DNA from: the human T2T-CHM13v2.0 reference genome, Homo sapiens
Length of the DNA: 64,000 nt
Direction: 5' to 3' (one strand)
NCBI RefSeq assembly: GCF_009914755.1
Contig: NC_060926.1
Shown: in pieces, positions 43,762 to 56,918 of the stretch
Position numbering within the stretch: the first letter of the stretch is position 1
Layout: every line of letters begins with the position of its first letter
Translations under genes and position numbers: made by a program
Notes under the pieces: model-generated
Seen by the model: the letters and a program-made list of their open reading frames with translations, nothing else
The model's database searches: none
Told to the model about the DNA's origin: nothing

Positions 43762-44574
43762 AAGAAAGGTGTTTATTCATTGTAATATAAACAAGGAAGA
43801 TTACACAACTAAAAAGAAAAGAAGTTTTGTAGATTTGACATTATGTAGTACAAAGAATTTCTGCCTGATTGCTTCCATTTCATTAAGACTCAATATATGT
43901 AAAGCTCTTAGAATAGTATCTGGCCCTGAGAAGGTGCAACATAATTGTTAGTTATTAATATTTCTCAATGAAGTATGAAGCAAAGTCATCAGCTGAAAAT
44001 AATGAGAGGGTGGAACAGTGTGAGAAAAAAACAACATAATCATAGTTTGGAAACAATATTTCTTTACTTCTGGAGGTTTTCTTTTTCTTGTAAAGAATGT
44101 TATTTTATGTGACTCCATTGGTGCTTCTCTGATCCTATACTCATTCTGCCCTTGAGAGGCACAGAATCATAGCTTACTTGCAAATTTTGAAGTAAATCAC
44201 TGGACATGTATAGCTTAATTATGCTGGGGTTTCTTCTAGGCAGTGACCTCTTTGAATTTAGCAGGAAATCTCCTAATATAACTAGGGTAAGTTAACTTAT
44301 ATGGGCTAAGCTGTTTTAAACTTGAGATCTGCCCTGGTCCATCACTACTGTGCTAATATGTCTATATCTGCCCTACACTGGAATTTATTATGAGTAGGCT
44401 TTTGGTTTGTAAATATTAAGCTATGTCCTCCAACTTAGATTTCATCATGAACAAAGATGATGGGTTAGCTTTCATCTATTATTCCTTTGTCTTGTTGGTC
44501 ACTTAGTTTAGAACCGAATCAAGGAACAAAGGAAATATTTAATTATTCTCCTTAGAGACTCCTATTATCCTCCT

Positions 44575-44748
44575 AAAGATTACTGATTATGTAGTCTTTG
44601 GCAAGTTAATTAATACATATTTAAATCAATTTCCACATCAATTAAATATGGATAATAAGAGAACTGATCTCATGAGGTGGTTTGGGGCACTTATAATAAT
44701 GATTAAAAGTCTGCTTTCAAGTTAGTAAATGCTTTATAAATGTGAACT
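44575..44748 (+). mobile_element. MIR fragment (another at ~43888-43960)
   Basis: tttggcaagttaattaa; atggataataag; ctcatgagg. Confidence 0.55.
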
Positions 44749-45690
44749 GTCTTTTGGAATGTAAATCAAAAATAAGAATAGCAGCTAACTGAGTGAAACC
44801 AAGGACCAAGGGCAGAAAATAATAACAAAGGAAACAGATCAAGGAAGAAGAAAAGTACATTATATATACTTACAGAATCTCAATTAGTTCATTGACATTT
44901 TTAGGCTCAATTGGGAAGTATTTCCTCAAGTGGCACATAAAAATTTAAAAGCTGTTCTCTACTTCATTTCCCAAGTTGTTTATAAGGATGATGACAAGTT
45001 AAATGTGAAAATACTATAAATACTTAGATTTTCAATCAAAGTTGGCAAGTTAACACCATCAAAATGACAAGATGATCTGCCAGGGTCCAAGTTGGACTCT
45101 ATTGTGTTATTTGTTAAGCTTAGTGTTAAAAGTTCATTGATGCAAACATTCATTCAAATTTGTAGAAGTCTTTGACTTGTTTGCTAAGGGAGAAAGATTT
45201 AATTATGACAATGCCTATCACAATGTTTGAATGGTTCGAGAGTCATCAAAAGCACATTAAGTGCATTGGTTTTGGTTTTAAAATTTTTATCCTCACCTCC
45301 TCTCCCCTTGAAAAAAAACAAAAGTAGAGATAAGAGAAGATGGTATTTCAAGTAGAGGGAAAAATTACGCAAAATAATGAAGATAAAAGTAATGCAAATT
45401 ATTTAAAATATAGAATTGAACATATGGGGCAGTGTCAACAGGTCAAAGTAAGTAAGCTTGAGGTTTAGTCCACAAAAGGAGTATGAATTTCATTCTTAAG
45501 GTGATGGAGGAAACAAAGTAAGATGTTAAATAGAGAGTGGTTGAAAGGTTTGTTTTCAGAAAGATGTTTAGTTGATTTTATTCTTTATTTTTGCCAGAAT
45601 AGAATGAAAGCCCATAAGACTAAAGTAAAGGCAGGGGGGCCTACAAGAGGTTATTAGCATAAGTCAGATGAGGCTGGAATGGAGCCTTAT

Positions 45691-46112
45691 TGTAGTAAGT
45701 TGTCTTATTCTTCAATCTAGGAAAATAACACATTCCTACTCATTGCCATGTGACTGGAAGTGATTCCCTGTAAGAGAAGTATACTTCCCTAGGTGGCTTA
45801 CTGGGTTGGCCCTATTACTTGCTTGGACCTGTAACGTGTGAACGGTGTAACAGTGTGTTACTTCTGTGAACCCTTTAAGTGTCATTAGATATATCCTCCC
45901 TTCATCTTCTCATTTCCTTCAGTAACGAAAACAGCATGTCCCAAAGAAAGACTGATTCTTCCCTAAGTACCAAATGTGAAAACATGCAACAAAGATGCAG
46001 GCATCCACTAGCAGCTGCAGACATCTAACATGACAGAAAAAGAAATGCTTACTGTTGGAGGCCACTGAGATTTTTGATTACTTGTTACCTCCATAGTATA
46101 TTGAGAAAATAC
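45691..46112 (+). mobile_element. MLT1I/J-like LTR
   Basis: cattgccatgtgact; aggccactgagatttttgattacttgttacc; tg...aca termini. Confidence 0.6.
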
Positions 46113-46520
46113 ACTTAAAGCTGCAGCAATAGGGGTGAAGAAAACCTGGATTAAAAGGCATATAAGCAGATGATTGACAGGAATAAATAAGAAAAATGAA
46201 AGATGATTCTCAATCATCCATGTGAGTAACTAACCACTATTAAAGTGCAGGCACTATACTCATTTTATTCTCAAAACATTGTTGTAATACAAATATTGTA
46301 TTTACTCCACTTACAGGTAAAATAATTTACACTCAGTCAGTCTGTCATAGGTCAAACAAGTAGTTAGCAGGAAAAAAAGGAAGGCAATATGATACTCCAT
46401 TATTAATGAAAGAGGAGGAACAAGTTTGTGCGTAATAATGAATAGTAGATAACACTAAATGAAATTTTCTCAGTTGCAGTAGCTGGATCCTCACTTTAAG
46501 CATACTCAATTGATTCATGC

Positions 46521-47396
46521 TGATATGGTTTGGTTCTGTGTCCCCACTCAAACGTCATCTCAAATTGTAATCTCCATGTGTCAAAGGAGGAACCTGTAAT
46601 TCCCACATGTCGAGCAAGGGAGGCGATTGGTTCATGGAGGTGGTTTCCCCCATGCTATTCTCATGACAGTGAGTTCTCACAAGATCCAGTGGTTTTATAA
46701 GGGGCTCTTCTCCCTTCGCTCTCTTCTCTCTCTCCTGCCACCATATGAGGAAGATCTTTGCTTCCCCTTTCTGCCGTGATTTGTTTCCTGAGGTGCCGAG
46801 ACCAGCTCGGTCGGGGAGACCCTAACCCAGCGGCGATAGCGGAATTAAAGACACACAAACAGAAATATAGAGGTGTGAAGTGGGAAATCAGGGGTCTCAC
46901 AGCCTTCAGAGCTGAGAGCCCTGAACAGAGATTTACCCACATATTTATTAACAGCAAACCAGTCATTAGCATTGTTTCTATAGATGTTAAATTAACTAAA
47001 AGTATCCCTTATGGGAAACGAAGGGATGGGCCGAATTAATTGCAGCAGGAACACGCCCTTAAGACACAGATCGCTCATGTTTTGTTTGTGGCTTAAGAAT
47101 GCCTTTAAGCGGTTTTCTGTCCTGGGCGGGTCAGGTGTTCCTTGCCCTCATTCCGTTAAACCCACAACCTTCCAGCTTGGGCGTTAGGGCCATTATGGAC
47201 ATGTTACAGTGCTGCAGAGATTTTATTTATGGCCAGTTTTGGGGCCAGTTTATGGCCGGATTTTGGGGGGCTTGCTCCCAACACTGAGGTCACATCAGCC
47301 ATGCAGAACTGTGAGTCACTTAAATCTCTTTCCTTTATAAATTACTCACTCAGTCTCGGGTTTGTCTTTATAGCATTGTGAAAATGAACTAATACA
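46521..47396 (+). mobile_element. THE1D-like solo LTR split by MER9
   Basis: tgatatggtttggttctgtgtcccc...gaactaataca; perfect TSD catgc. Confidence 0.85.
46794..47283 (-). mobile_element. MER9 solo LTR (HERV-K HML-3)
   Basis: Reverse complement starts tgttgggagcaagcccccc...ggccataaactggccccaaaactggccataaa; perfect 6-bp TSD ctgagg. Confidence 0.9.
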
Positions 47397-48180
47397 CATG
47401 CCTTTGGTACATCCAAGGATTTACTCAAACTATAGCCACTGCTACAACCAATAGCCCAACATTTAAAGTTGCTGTTTCTCCTTCTACATATCTTGGATCA
47501 AATTTATTTTTCTTGGTTTAATTATGTTTCCACTAATTGTTTAGAATATGGTTATTAGCAATTTAGAGATAATGATCACAGAGGAAGATATCTAAACTAA
47601 AACCTGTTGAAGATAATTTTATTGGCTCTATTTAGACCTGATGTTTATCTCCTGAACTAATTACTGTGGACTGAGGAATAACTGACAAGACCTGCACAGC
47701 TAGGGGATGTGCAAAATAATGAGATAGAGCATGCCTTAAGAACTAGTTAAAGTTATGAAAGGTTACTATGAAAAGCAAGCAGGAATTAGGAAAGATAAAG
47801 TACAAAAGGTGTCACTGTAGACAATCGTTGCTTGCAAATTATTGTGAACCTTATGTGGTATATCCAGTGACAAATATATTGCTGGGGCTCAGAAGAAAGC
47901 CCTGGATTCAAGCTATAGGTTTTTAAATTATGGGCAGATAGATGGCAATTAAAGACTTAAGTCTTTCTGTACTATTTTTATCATTTTTTCAGTAAATTTT
48001 AGACTTCTTTGATCTTCCAACTTATATTTCTGTAGTAATTATAATTTAAAAATTAATTTGAAGAAATAATCAGTAATTAAGAAATGATACTGATTTCAAT
48101 TCCTTTGGATATGTACTCACAGTGGCATTTCTGGATCATATGGTAATTATCTTATTATTTTGTTGTGGAACCTCCATCAA

Positions 48181-48181
<1 letters not shown>

Positions 48182-48219
<38 letters not shown>

Positions 48220-48220
48220 T
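48182..48220. repeat. (TG)n microsatellite after a short antisense L1 fragment (~48085-48178)
   Basis: Direct inspection. Confidence 0.9.
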
Positions 48221-48708
48221 ACCTACATCAAAGAAAATGTGTAAATATTACACATTTAAAGTATTTCCCTTATTATTTTCATTAAATTGAACGTATCTGG
48301 ATCTTTGCTCAAATGCTGTTTTTAGCTATTGTGAGGAAAAAAAAAAAAACTAAGAATAACCACCCACCTTTCATGGAATTCAGATCCTTAGTATGCATTT
48401 AAAAAAAATAGAAAAAACTGAAGTTTTACACCCAAACTACTTGACAAATGCCTTAACTGTGAGGTCTAGTACCATAAATGTTTGTTTCTTTTGAACCTAA
48501 ATGACAAGGAGTGCCTTAGTATAATAACTGTATGCTGTTTTAAAGCAAAGTGATACTGTCTTGAAACATTTATACAGCATTAGAATTAGCACAAGTGAAG
48601 TTTCTTATACCAGGCTGGCATATGGCAGAAAAGAAAGGATTTAGTACTGTAAATACACTAAACAATATAAGTGTTCTAGAAAAGGCACATTTTAATAAAT
48701 AGAATGTA

Positions 48709-48790
48709 TTAGGTTCTGTGCAAAAGTAATTGCGGTTTTTGCCATTTAAAGTAATGGCAAAAACGGTAATTGCTTGTGCAGCAACCAAAA
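48709..48790. mobile_element. MADE1 (Hsmar1-derived palindromic MITE)
   Basis: ttaggttctgtgcaaaagtaattgcggtttttgccatt..aatggcaaaaacggtaattgcttgtgca; TA flanks. Confidence 0.9.
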
Positions 48791-49856
48791 TAGTATCTGT
48801 ATACCAAATAGTATCTGTCAAGTTAGCAATTATTCTAAACTTTCTGAATGAATTCTAACAAAAATTCATTTTCCAAGAACCCTGTGAACAAATAATGTAA
48901 ATATTAACTCAAAGTTGATAGAAGAATTTGCTCCAAAAGCTCTTTCAACATGAAACTTCCCTTGGAGTTTTGCAGAGCATACATGTGCAATGCCATGGCT
49001 TCTCTACTTACAATAAATACTCTCTTCATTCCTGCCAAGTCTCATTAATGTGCTTATATATCTAGCTTTCTTTCTTTACATATGCGCTTTTATTTCTGTT
49101 TACATCTCCTTTTAATTGTCTCCTGTAGCCATTCTTTCTAGAACCATCAATTTAAAATAACTAATATAAAAGATGATAAAAACATTAACAAGAACAAATT
49201 TATTGGCTTAAAGTATATAGCCATTATACATAGACTATTAGGTAACAATTATTATATACATTTGCAAAATCAATTATTTTCACAGAGTAGCATCTTTATT
49301 AATATTTTATCTGACAATTTGGTGAAATATATACTATCCTAACAATAATTATTTCTTGTTATTGTAGCATTTGCCTTTTAGTTTTTGTTATTATTAAAGG
49401 TTCAAGAGGAGACTGAGGAAAACTTGAAATTGTCATATTATTCACTAATATGAAACTTTAAAGAAAAGAATTGCATTATAAAACTTGGTAGCAGAGTGTT
49501 GAATTAGGAAAAAAAAAAAAGGTTTTGTGATATGACAGCCCACCCTGGAGAAGAGTAAGCATTTTAGGAAGACCTTTTTTCCATACTGAGATATAAACAG
49601 GCTAACAAATGTTGAATATGTAACATAAATATTTCAAGTATCTTAATTTTATTTTTCAAACAAATGTAATTCATGAATATCAGTCCCCATCAATTATTCC
49701 AGCTACAGGAACCTTAGGGTTTTTTAAAATTATTCTTTGCTTTCTAGATCTTCTTTATTATTTTCTAGTGTCTTATATGCTACAGTGTTTTGAACAGGAT
49801 GCATAATACTGAGACCAACAGAAACACTACTTATCTGTAAATATCATTAGCATTGC

Positions 49857-50164
49857 TTTTCTCTTTTTTCTTTTTTCTTTTCTTTTTTTTTTTTTTTTTT
49901 TTTTTGAGACAGGGTCTCCCTCTTGTGACCCTGGAGTGCAAATGTACAGTGGTATGATCCTAGTAGCTCAACCTCAGCCTCCTGAGTAGCTAGGACTACA
50001 TGTGTGCACCACCACATCCAGATAATACAATATGTATTTTTTTTTGTAGAGACAGGATATTGCTACGTTACCCAGGCTGGTCTGAAACTCCTGTCCTTAA
50101 GCGATCCTCCCATCTCAGCTTTTCTAAGGACTGAGATTAAAGGCAAGAGCCACTGTGCCTGGCT
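49857..50164 (-). mobile_element. AluJ
   Basis: gagacagggtctc; aagcgatcctcccatctcagc; diverged. Confidence 0.85.
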
Positions 50165-50904
50165 GATAATTATTTCTTAATAATTAAAACTCAGATTAAA
50201 ACAGAATAACATTATTGAGAAGGTAATGAAAATATTACAAAACATCTAATTTTGATTATGCTATAAATCAATTATATTATGCCCCAATAAAAAGCTATAG
50301 GAAATAATACAAAAGATTATAAACTGTTTAGGAAACAATAGCTATTAGTTTAATATGTTACAGCCTAATGGCCTATAAGAAAATATACCTATGCAGATGC
50401 TCTATTTGACATTGATCTGCTTTAATATTTCCCTCTTCAAACAAAATTTATGCAGGGAGAAAGTCCAGATAAAGTTAGTTAAGTTCAGTTGTAGGATTAG
50501 ATATAACTAGGCCTGACTGCTAAATTGGTACATCGCTCCAAGAAAATTGATATGATTAGTAAATGACTCACTTCAGGAAATAAGAATCTAGGCCCTATGA
50601 GTAAATCAGTAATTTAGGAACAAGGATTCTGGGAGAAATGAGTATGTAAACAAAACTTCAAATAAATCATCAAAGCAAAACAACTCTTAGCCACAAAGTA
50701 CATTATGTTGGTACTGCCTAAGGAGAAAAAAAAGAGATACATTCCCTCTTATGTCACTGAAAACCAGCATTCAATATGGCCACTTCAATGCAATTGCTGT
50801 CAATGGACACTAAAATAACAGTAGAGACCAGGGAAAGACTTAATTGTCCATTAAGAGACAACAGTGGAGTTTCTATTCCGGATGGAGGAGTGTATTGTCA
50901 GGGG

Positions 50905-51031
50905 AACAAAAGAGAAAGGGAAGAGTAGGATATTAAAGGGAGAAGAAACGATGGGGAGGGGAAGAAAGAGAGAGAAAGAGAGAGAGAGAGAGAAAGAGAA
51001 AGAGAGGGAGAGACAGGAAGAGAGGGAGAGA
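50905..51031. repeat. GA-rich polypurine tract
   Basis: Direct inspection. Confidence 0.85.
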
Positions 51032-51366
51032 ATAGTCTAGAAAGGAATAACAATGATGTTTAACAAACGACTGTTGCACCTGCCAACAGGAACCACACCT
51101 GTGGCAAGAGTCCCAATAACAGATAATAAAGAAGCAAAATACCTCAATGAGTTACACAGGAGAATAGCAGAAATACCTAGTAAAAAAGACATTTATTTTT
51201 TCTTTTCGGTGTGCACAAGTTCACCTGGGCATTCCTAGATTTTTTTTTTTTTTTTTTTTTTTATGGCTGGGGTAGAGTTGTGGTGAATTTAGTGGAAACC
51301 ATAGATTTTATATCAGCATGTTTTGGCTACAGTGAATTTGAGTGATTAAAATTACTCATATTCAAA

Positions 51367-51829
51367 TTGTACACATAGGTGCAAACAGGTTCAGTGTGAG
51401 CTGCTTACCAACTTGTCTGAGTTCAGTGAAACAGAACACCTACATACAAGTTACAGGAAACAGATTCATTACTTACAGATGGGCATCAAGGGATACAAGA
51501 GGCCTAGGATTTGTGAACAGTTGGTCTCCATGACTCAGAAAAGCCACTCAGGAGAGGAACAGAGCCCCACATGTGCCCCACTTGCACAGCAGCTGAGGGA
51601 CCCTGGAAACCAGCTGCTCTGGGTTTTATAACCTGGAAAACTTTCCCACTAGGCTAAAGCATTGAAGGACATCCTGTTTCTAGGAGGAAATAGAATAGTT
51701 CCAGCCAGTCTCTCCTTGTCTCAGGATGTTGCATTCCCACCACAATCTACAGTTATTCTTGAGAACTACAAAGCAAGAAAGAGGAAAAAACTGGGTTGGT
51801 CTAAGGCCACACAGAGAATTTTCCCATGA
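51367..51829 (-). mobile_element. ERVL-type solo LTR (MER54/LTR53-like)
   Basis: tctcaggatgttgcattccc...tctacagttattcttgagaactacaa...ctgggttggtctaaggccac; TATA on minus strand near 51625. Confidence 0.6.
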
Positions 51830-52504
51830 CGGGAAATAAAGTTCTGAGAAGCATGAATTATACTTCATTCCTGAAGAAAAATAATACGCATTCTCTATCA
51901 TTGAATATGGAATTGGGGCTCTGTGAAATAGGAGAATTGGCATAAACTAAGATTATTTATAAAAGCTCCAAAATGATTGTCTTAAAAAGGACCTAAATGA
52001 TTGTGGTAATAGTTGGTCTATAGGCAGTTGTCAGCAAAGACCCCAAATAGCATTTTCTCTAATAGTGTACTGAACAAAATACAAATTTATGGTCACAATA
52101 GTTTCTTGTATTATTCTGGTTCTATATTTATGTATTACCCAGAAAAGCTCATTTACAAAGATAGTCATATTTTTGGCATAGAAAGTATGTATGAGTTTCA
52201 TAAGATACTTTGAAATGGCTCCAAGTTGGCTAAAAAGCATCCCAAATTATAAATTATTCTCTCATGCATTTTGAGTTAAAATTACAAAAAAAAAGTAAAA
52301 ATAACATATGGTGAAATGACTTGCTTTCACAATTAAGCGAAAATGCTATGCTTCATTCTAAATCCATCCATAAAATTATAAGATACTTGCAAGCAATACA
52401 CATATTTTTTTCATCTTTGTGTTGCTCACAACGCCTAGCATGGTAACTTACTTGAATTAGAGGTTCCTTAAATGTGAGTAAGTTCTTTTTGCTGTCATTG
52501 ATTT

Positions 52505-52893
52505 ATGTCTTTCTCTCTCTCCATATATATATATGAACATAAGACACTATCAGAGACTTATATATATATATGCAGAAACATATATATCCAGATATTCATA
52601 TACATATATGTGTATGTATATATAATCATCACACATGTTTATATAATCACCACACATATGTGTATATATATCTCCACACATATATGTATATGAGATATAT
52701 TACATATATATGTCTATATGTATATATACACACATATGTATAATTACATATATATGCATAATTACATATAGACATATATATGTAACATGTGTATGTATAT
52801 ACATACACATATATGTGTATATATCTCTCTCCACACATGTATATGTATATGTGTATGTATATGTGTGTGTGTATATATATGTGTGTGTGTATA
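52505..52893. repeat. Degenerate (TA/CA/TG)n low-complexity tract
   Basis: Direct inspection. Confidence 0.9.
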
Positions 52894-54638
52894 GCCAAAA
52901 TGCAAATAATATAGAGACCAGAAAGGTGTGGCTTATAATCTATATATTTAAAAATTAAAAATTAAAAAAAACAACTGAGTGAAAAAAATTCTAAAATAAC
53001 ATGAACATTAGCATTGAGACTCAAATGATTTGAATGATTACAAAGCTACAGGTCTGTATCCTGTGTTTTCTTGTCTTCACAAAACATTCATCTGTGATTT
53101 TCTTGATAAACCAAGTGCTACATTGTTAAGAAAATAAATGATAAAAGACTGCGATGCTTTCTTATGTTCAAATCAATAATTCCCAAGAAGTGCACCACTG
53201 AAAACTAAAGCATCTGGAGCTACTTTTGTATATAGGCTAAAGAAAGGATATACATAGAGGCAAATGTAGAACCCAAGAGAATAGGGATCACTTATTTCCA
53301 GTGTTACAGTAAATCAAACTATGTGGGCCAAGCCACTCCCCACAGAGTGTGTTTTAATTGGAATCATGTTAAAAGTGTACTTTGGGGATATTTAACGTCT
53401 TAAAGATATGTAGTCTTCCTATTCATGAACAAAAATGTGTCTGGTTTTAATGAAGCCCCTTTATCCCAACTCAATAATATTTTATACATTTTTAATACAT
53501 ACTTTTGGACTTAGTATATTTAATGTAATTTTAAGCATGCTGTCTGTTTCAATAGCACACCTAGCATATTTGACACTTTTCTAGAACCATTTTTAGCACT
53601 CCCTTCTATGTTAGAGAAATAATATATTTTAGTAATTTACTATGTTAAAATAATTTTCACGTTTTCCAAATTTAAATAAAAATGTTTTCAAATAAGGATA
53701 TACTTACAATGTTAAATCTATATTTTAGAAAATTTCATGATGTGGGGAAGATAAAGCTGAGAAATAATTTTAAAACTCTCGTCCAAACATTTAAAGACAC
53801 TACGAATATTTGAGTTATCCATTTAATTGAACTTGCCTTTATGTATGTGAATCCTGTTTGGAATAAATCATTTTCACCACTCAGTCTCACCACTTAAGAA
53901 CTATGGAGCTGATACTAAAGCGGAGGAAGTGAAACTGTCATGGGTTTATTTACTTAAGCAGAAATATCTGAGTTGATAGTCTCACATCTCAAAACAAGAG
54001 GTCTTTTTAAATAGATCTATATCATAAATGCCCAGGAAGAAAATACACCAGCCCAGATTTTAAGAAAATGATACAAATAATTCCCAGATTAATTTAGAGC
54101 TTTATCGCTTGATGAGGTAATTGATGAATCTAGCAAAATAAAGTAGTGTGATATTAATCCTACTGGAAGAAGGCACAATAATGTTAGAATAAATATTTTG
54201 AAAAGCACAACAAAAAAAATTTAAACAAACATATTTGAAGCATACGTTTTAATAAAACTCTAGAAGTTCTAATAAAAATTGAAAGCGGCCACGGAGATGT
54301 TGGATTATCATCTGAGAGGATGAATCAAATGACATACATAGACTGAGTATTCAGTATCTTATTCTTTTTACTTTTGTATATTTTTGAAAATTTCTAAGCA
54401 ATAAAAATAAATGCCTATCCCTCTCCATTTGAAAGAAATATAGTTACATTAAATAATGCAACCCCCTCTTAGATTTACCCCTTAAAAGTAAACGTGCAAA
54501 ATAACTTTTTAGATGTATAAGAGTCATCTGATTGAACTGGAAACTTTTCCAGCATAGAAAGCCCGTGTTTATGTATGTAGCTGCTAACTCTTAGCACACA
54601 TTATTAAAGGAAACTCACCCTCTATGAAACATCTTCTA

Positions 54639-55004
<366 letters not shown>

Positions 55005-55477
55005 TCATGAATACAGGGGCTTTATTAAAACAGACATAATTCAAATATTTTTGTTCAAATGTTTTCAGTTGTGTTTTTCCAAAATATTTAATTCATGCAA
55101 TGTTTTACGAAAAATATGTTGAAATATTCAACATGTACTTGAATGTTGTTATTGTAACAGATTTAAATTTTCTGACTCTTTAAATATTTCTTAACCCTTA
55201 GAATTACTTATTAACAATTATTTGTTGCATCATGAGATACTCTTCATTATTGTCATTATGGTTGTCTATATCTGGCTTAATTTGTCTACAATGAAAGTGT
55301 TTCATAGTATCAATTTTCTTTAATTTCAGTAGAGAAGTAATTTTTTTCTTATTATTACAGCATTAGTAGTAATTTCTTGAGAATAAAAAGGAAAATGTTT
55401 CTTTATAAATAATTTGTATACATAAAAGGTGGGTTTGAAGATAGGACTGAATTTCATTATCCTACCTCTCCTCTTCA

Positions 55478-56918
55478 TAACAGGTGACAGCCTGCTGGCA
55501 GCCCTCGCTGGCTCTCGGTGCCTCCTCGGCCTTGGCACCCACTCTGGCCGCGCCTGAGGAGCCCTTCAGCCCACCGCTGCACTGTGGGAGCCCGTTTCTG
55601 GGCTGGCTGAGGCCGGAGCCAGCTCCCTCAGCTTGCGGGGAGGTGTGGAGGAAGAGGCGCGGGTGGGAACCGGGGCTGCGTGCGGCCCTTGCAGGTTCCG
55701 GGTGGGTGTGGACTCGACGGGCCCCGGACTCGGAGCAGCCGGCCTGCGCCGCTGGCCTCGGGCAGTGAGGGGCTTAGCACCGGCGCCAGCAGCTGCGGAG
55801 AGTGCGCCGGGTCCCCCAGCAGTGCCGGCCCCCCCAGCAGTGCCGGCCCGACAGTGCTTGAATTCTCGCGGGGCCTCAGCTGCCTCCCACGGGGCAGGGC
55901 TCAGGACCTGCAGCCCGCCATGCCTGAGCCCCCCTCCCCGACCCTGCACCGCCAGAGCCTCCCTGAGCAGCGCCGCCCCTGCTCCACAGCACTAGTCCCA
56001 TCCACCGCCCAAGGGCTGAGGAGCGCAGGCATAAGGCACAGGACTGGCAGGTAGCTCCACCTGCGGCCCCTGATGTGGGAGCCACTGGATGAAGCCAGCT
56101 GGGTTCCTGAGTCTAATGGGGACTTGGAGAACCTTTATGTCTAGCTAAGGGATTGTAAATACACCAATCAGCACTCTGTATCTAGCTCAAGGTTTGTAAA
56201 CACACCAATCAGCACTCTGTGTCTAGCTCAGGGTTAGTGGATGCACCAATCAGCACTCTGTGTCTAGCTCAGGGTTTGTAAATACACCAATCAGCACTCT
56301 ATATCTAGCTAATCTAGTGGGGACCTGGAGAACTTTTGTGTCTAGCTCAGGGATAGTAAACGCACCAATCAGCACCCTGTCAAAATGGATCAGTCAGCTC
56401 TCTGTAAAATGGACCAATCAGCAGGATGTGGGTGGGGCCAGATAAGGGAATAAAAGCAGGCTGCCCAAGCCAGCAGTGGTAACCCGTTTGGGCGTGCTTC
56501 CACCGTGTGGAAGTGTTGTTCTTTCGTTCTTTGCAATAAATTTTGCTGCTGCTCAGTCTTTGGGTCTGCACTGCCTTTATGAGCTGTAACACTCACTGTG
56601 AAGGTCTGCAGCTTCACTCCTGAGGCCAGCAAGAGCACGAACCCACCGGGACGAATGAACAACTCTGAACGGGAGGAACGAACAACTCTAGACGCACCGC
56701 CTTAAGAGCTGTAACACTCACCGCGAAGGTCTACGGCTTCACTCCTGAAGCCGGCGAGACCATGAACCTACCAGAAGGAAGAAACTCCGAACACATCCGA
56801 ATATCAGAAGGAACAGACTCTGGACACACCGTCTTTAAGAACTATAACACTCACTGCGAGGGTCCGCAGCTTCATTCTTGAAGTCAGTGACACCAAGAAC
56901 CCACCAATTCCAGACACA
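55478..56918 (+). mobile_element. LTR12 (LTR12C-like) solo LTR of ERV9
   Basis: aggtgacagcctgctggcagccctcgc...ccaccaattccagacaca; GC/CpG-rich U3; 41-bp repeats; TSD ttca/ttta. Confidence 0.93.
56150..56460 (+). promoter_or_regulatory. LTR12 enhancer/promoter: six CCAAT boxes, GATA site and AATAAA-type TATA
   Basis: ccaat at 56164, 56205, 56246, 56287, 56365, 56414; agataag ~56440; gaataaaag ~56448. Confidence 0.7.

Noticed and set aside
52505-52958. Tyr/Ile/His-rich ORFs (also 2774-3061, 19651-19881, 36662-36925)
   Set aside because: Translations of microsatellites
55326-56085. Several Ala/Pro/Gly-rich ORFs on both strands
   Set aside because: By-product of the GC-rich LTR12 U3, which is poor in stop codons
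56150-56380. 41-bp periodic repeat, superficially CRISPR-like
   Set aside because: Known LTR12 tandem enhancer repeats; no unique spacers
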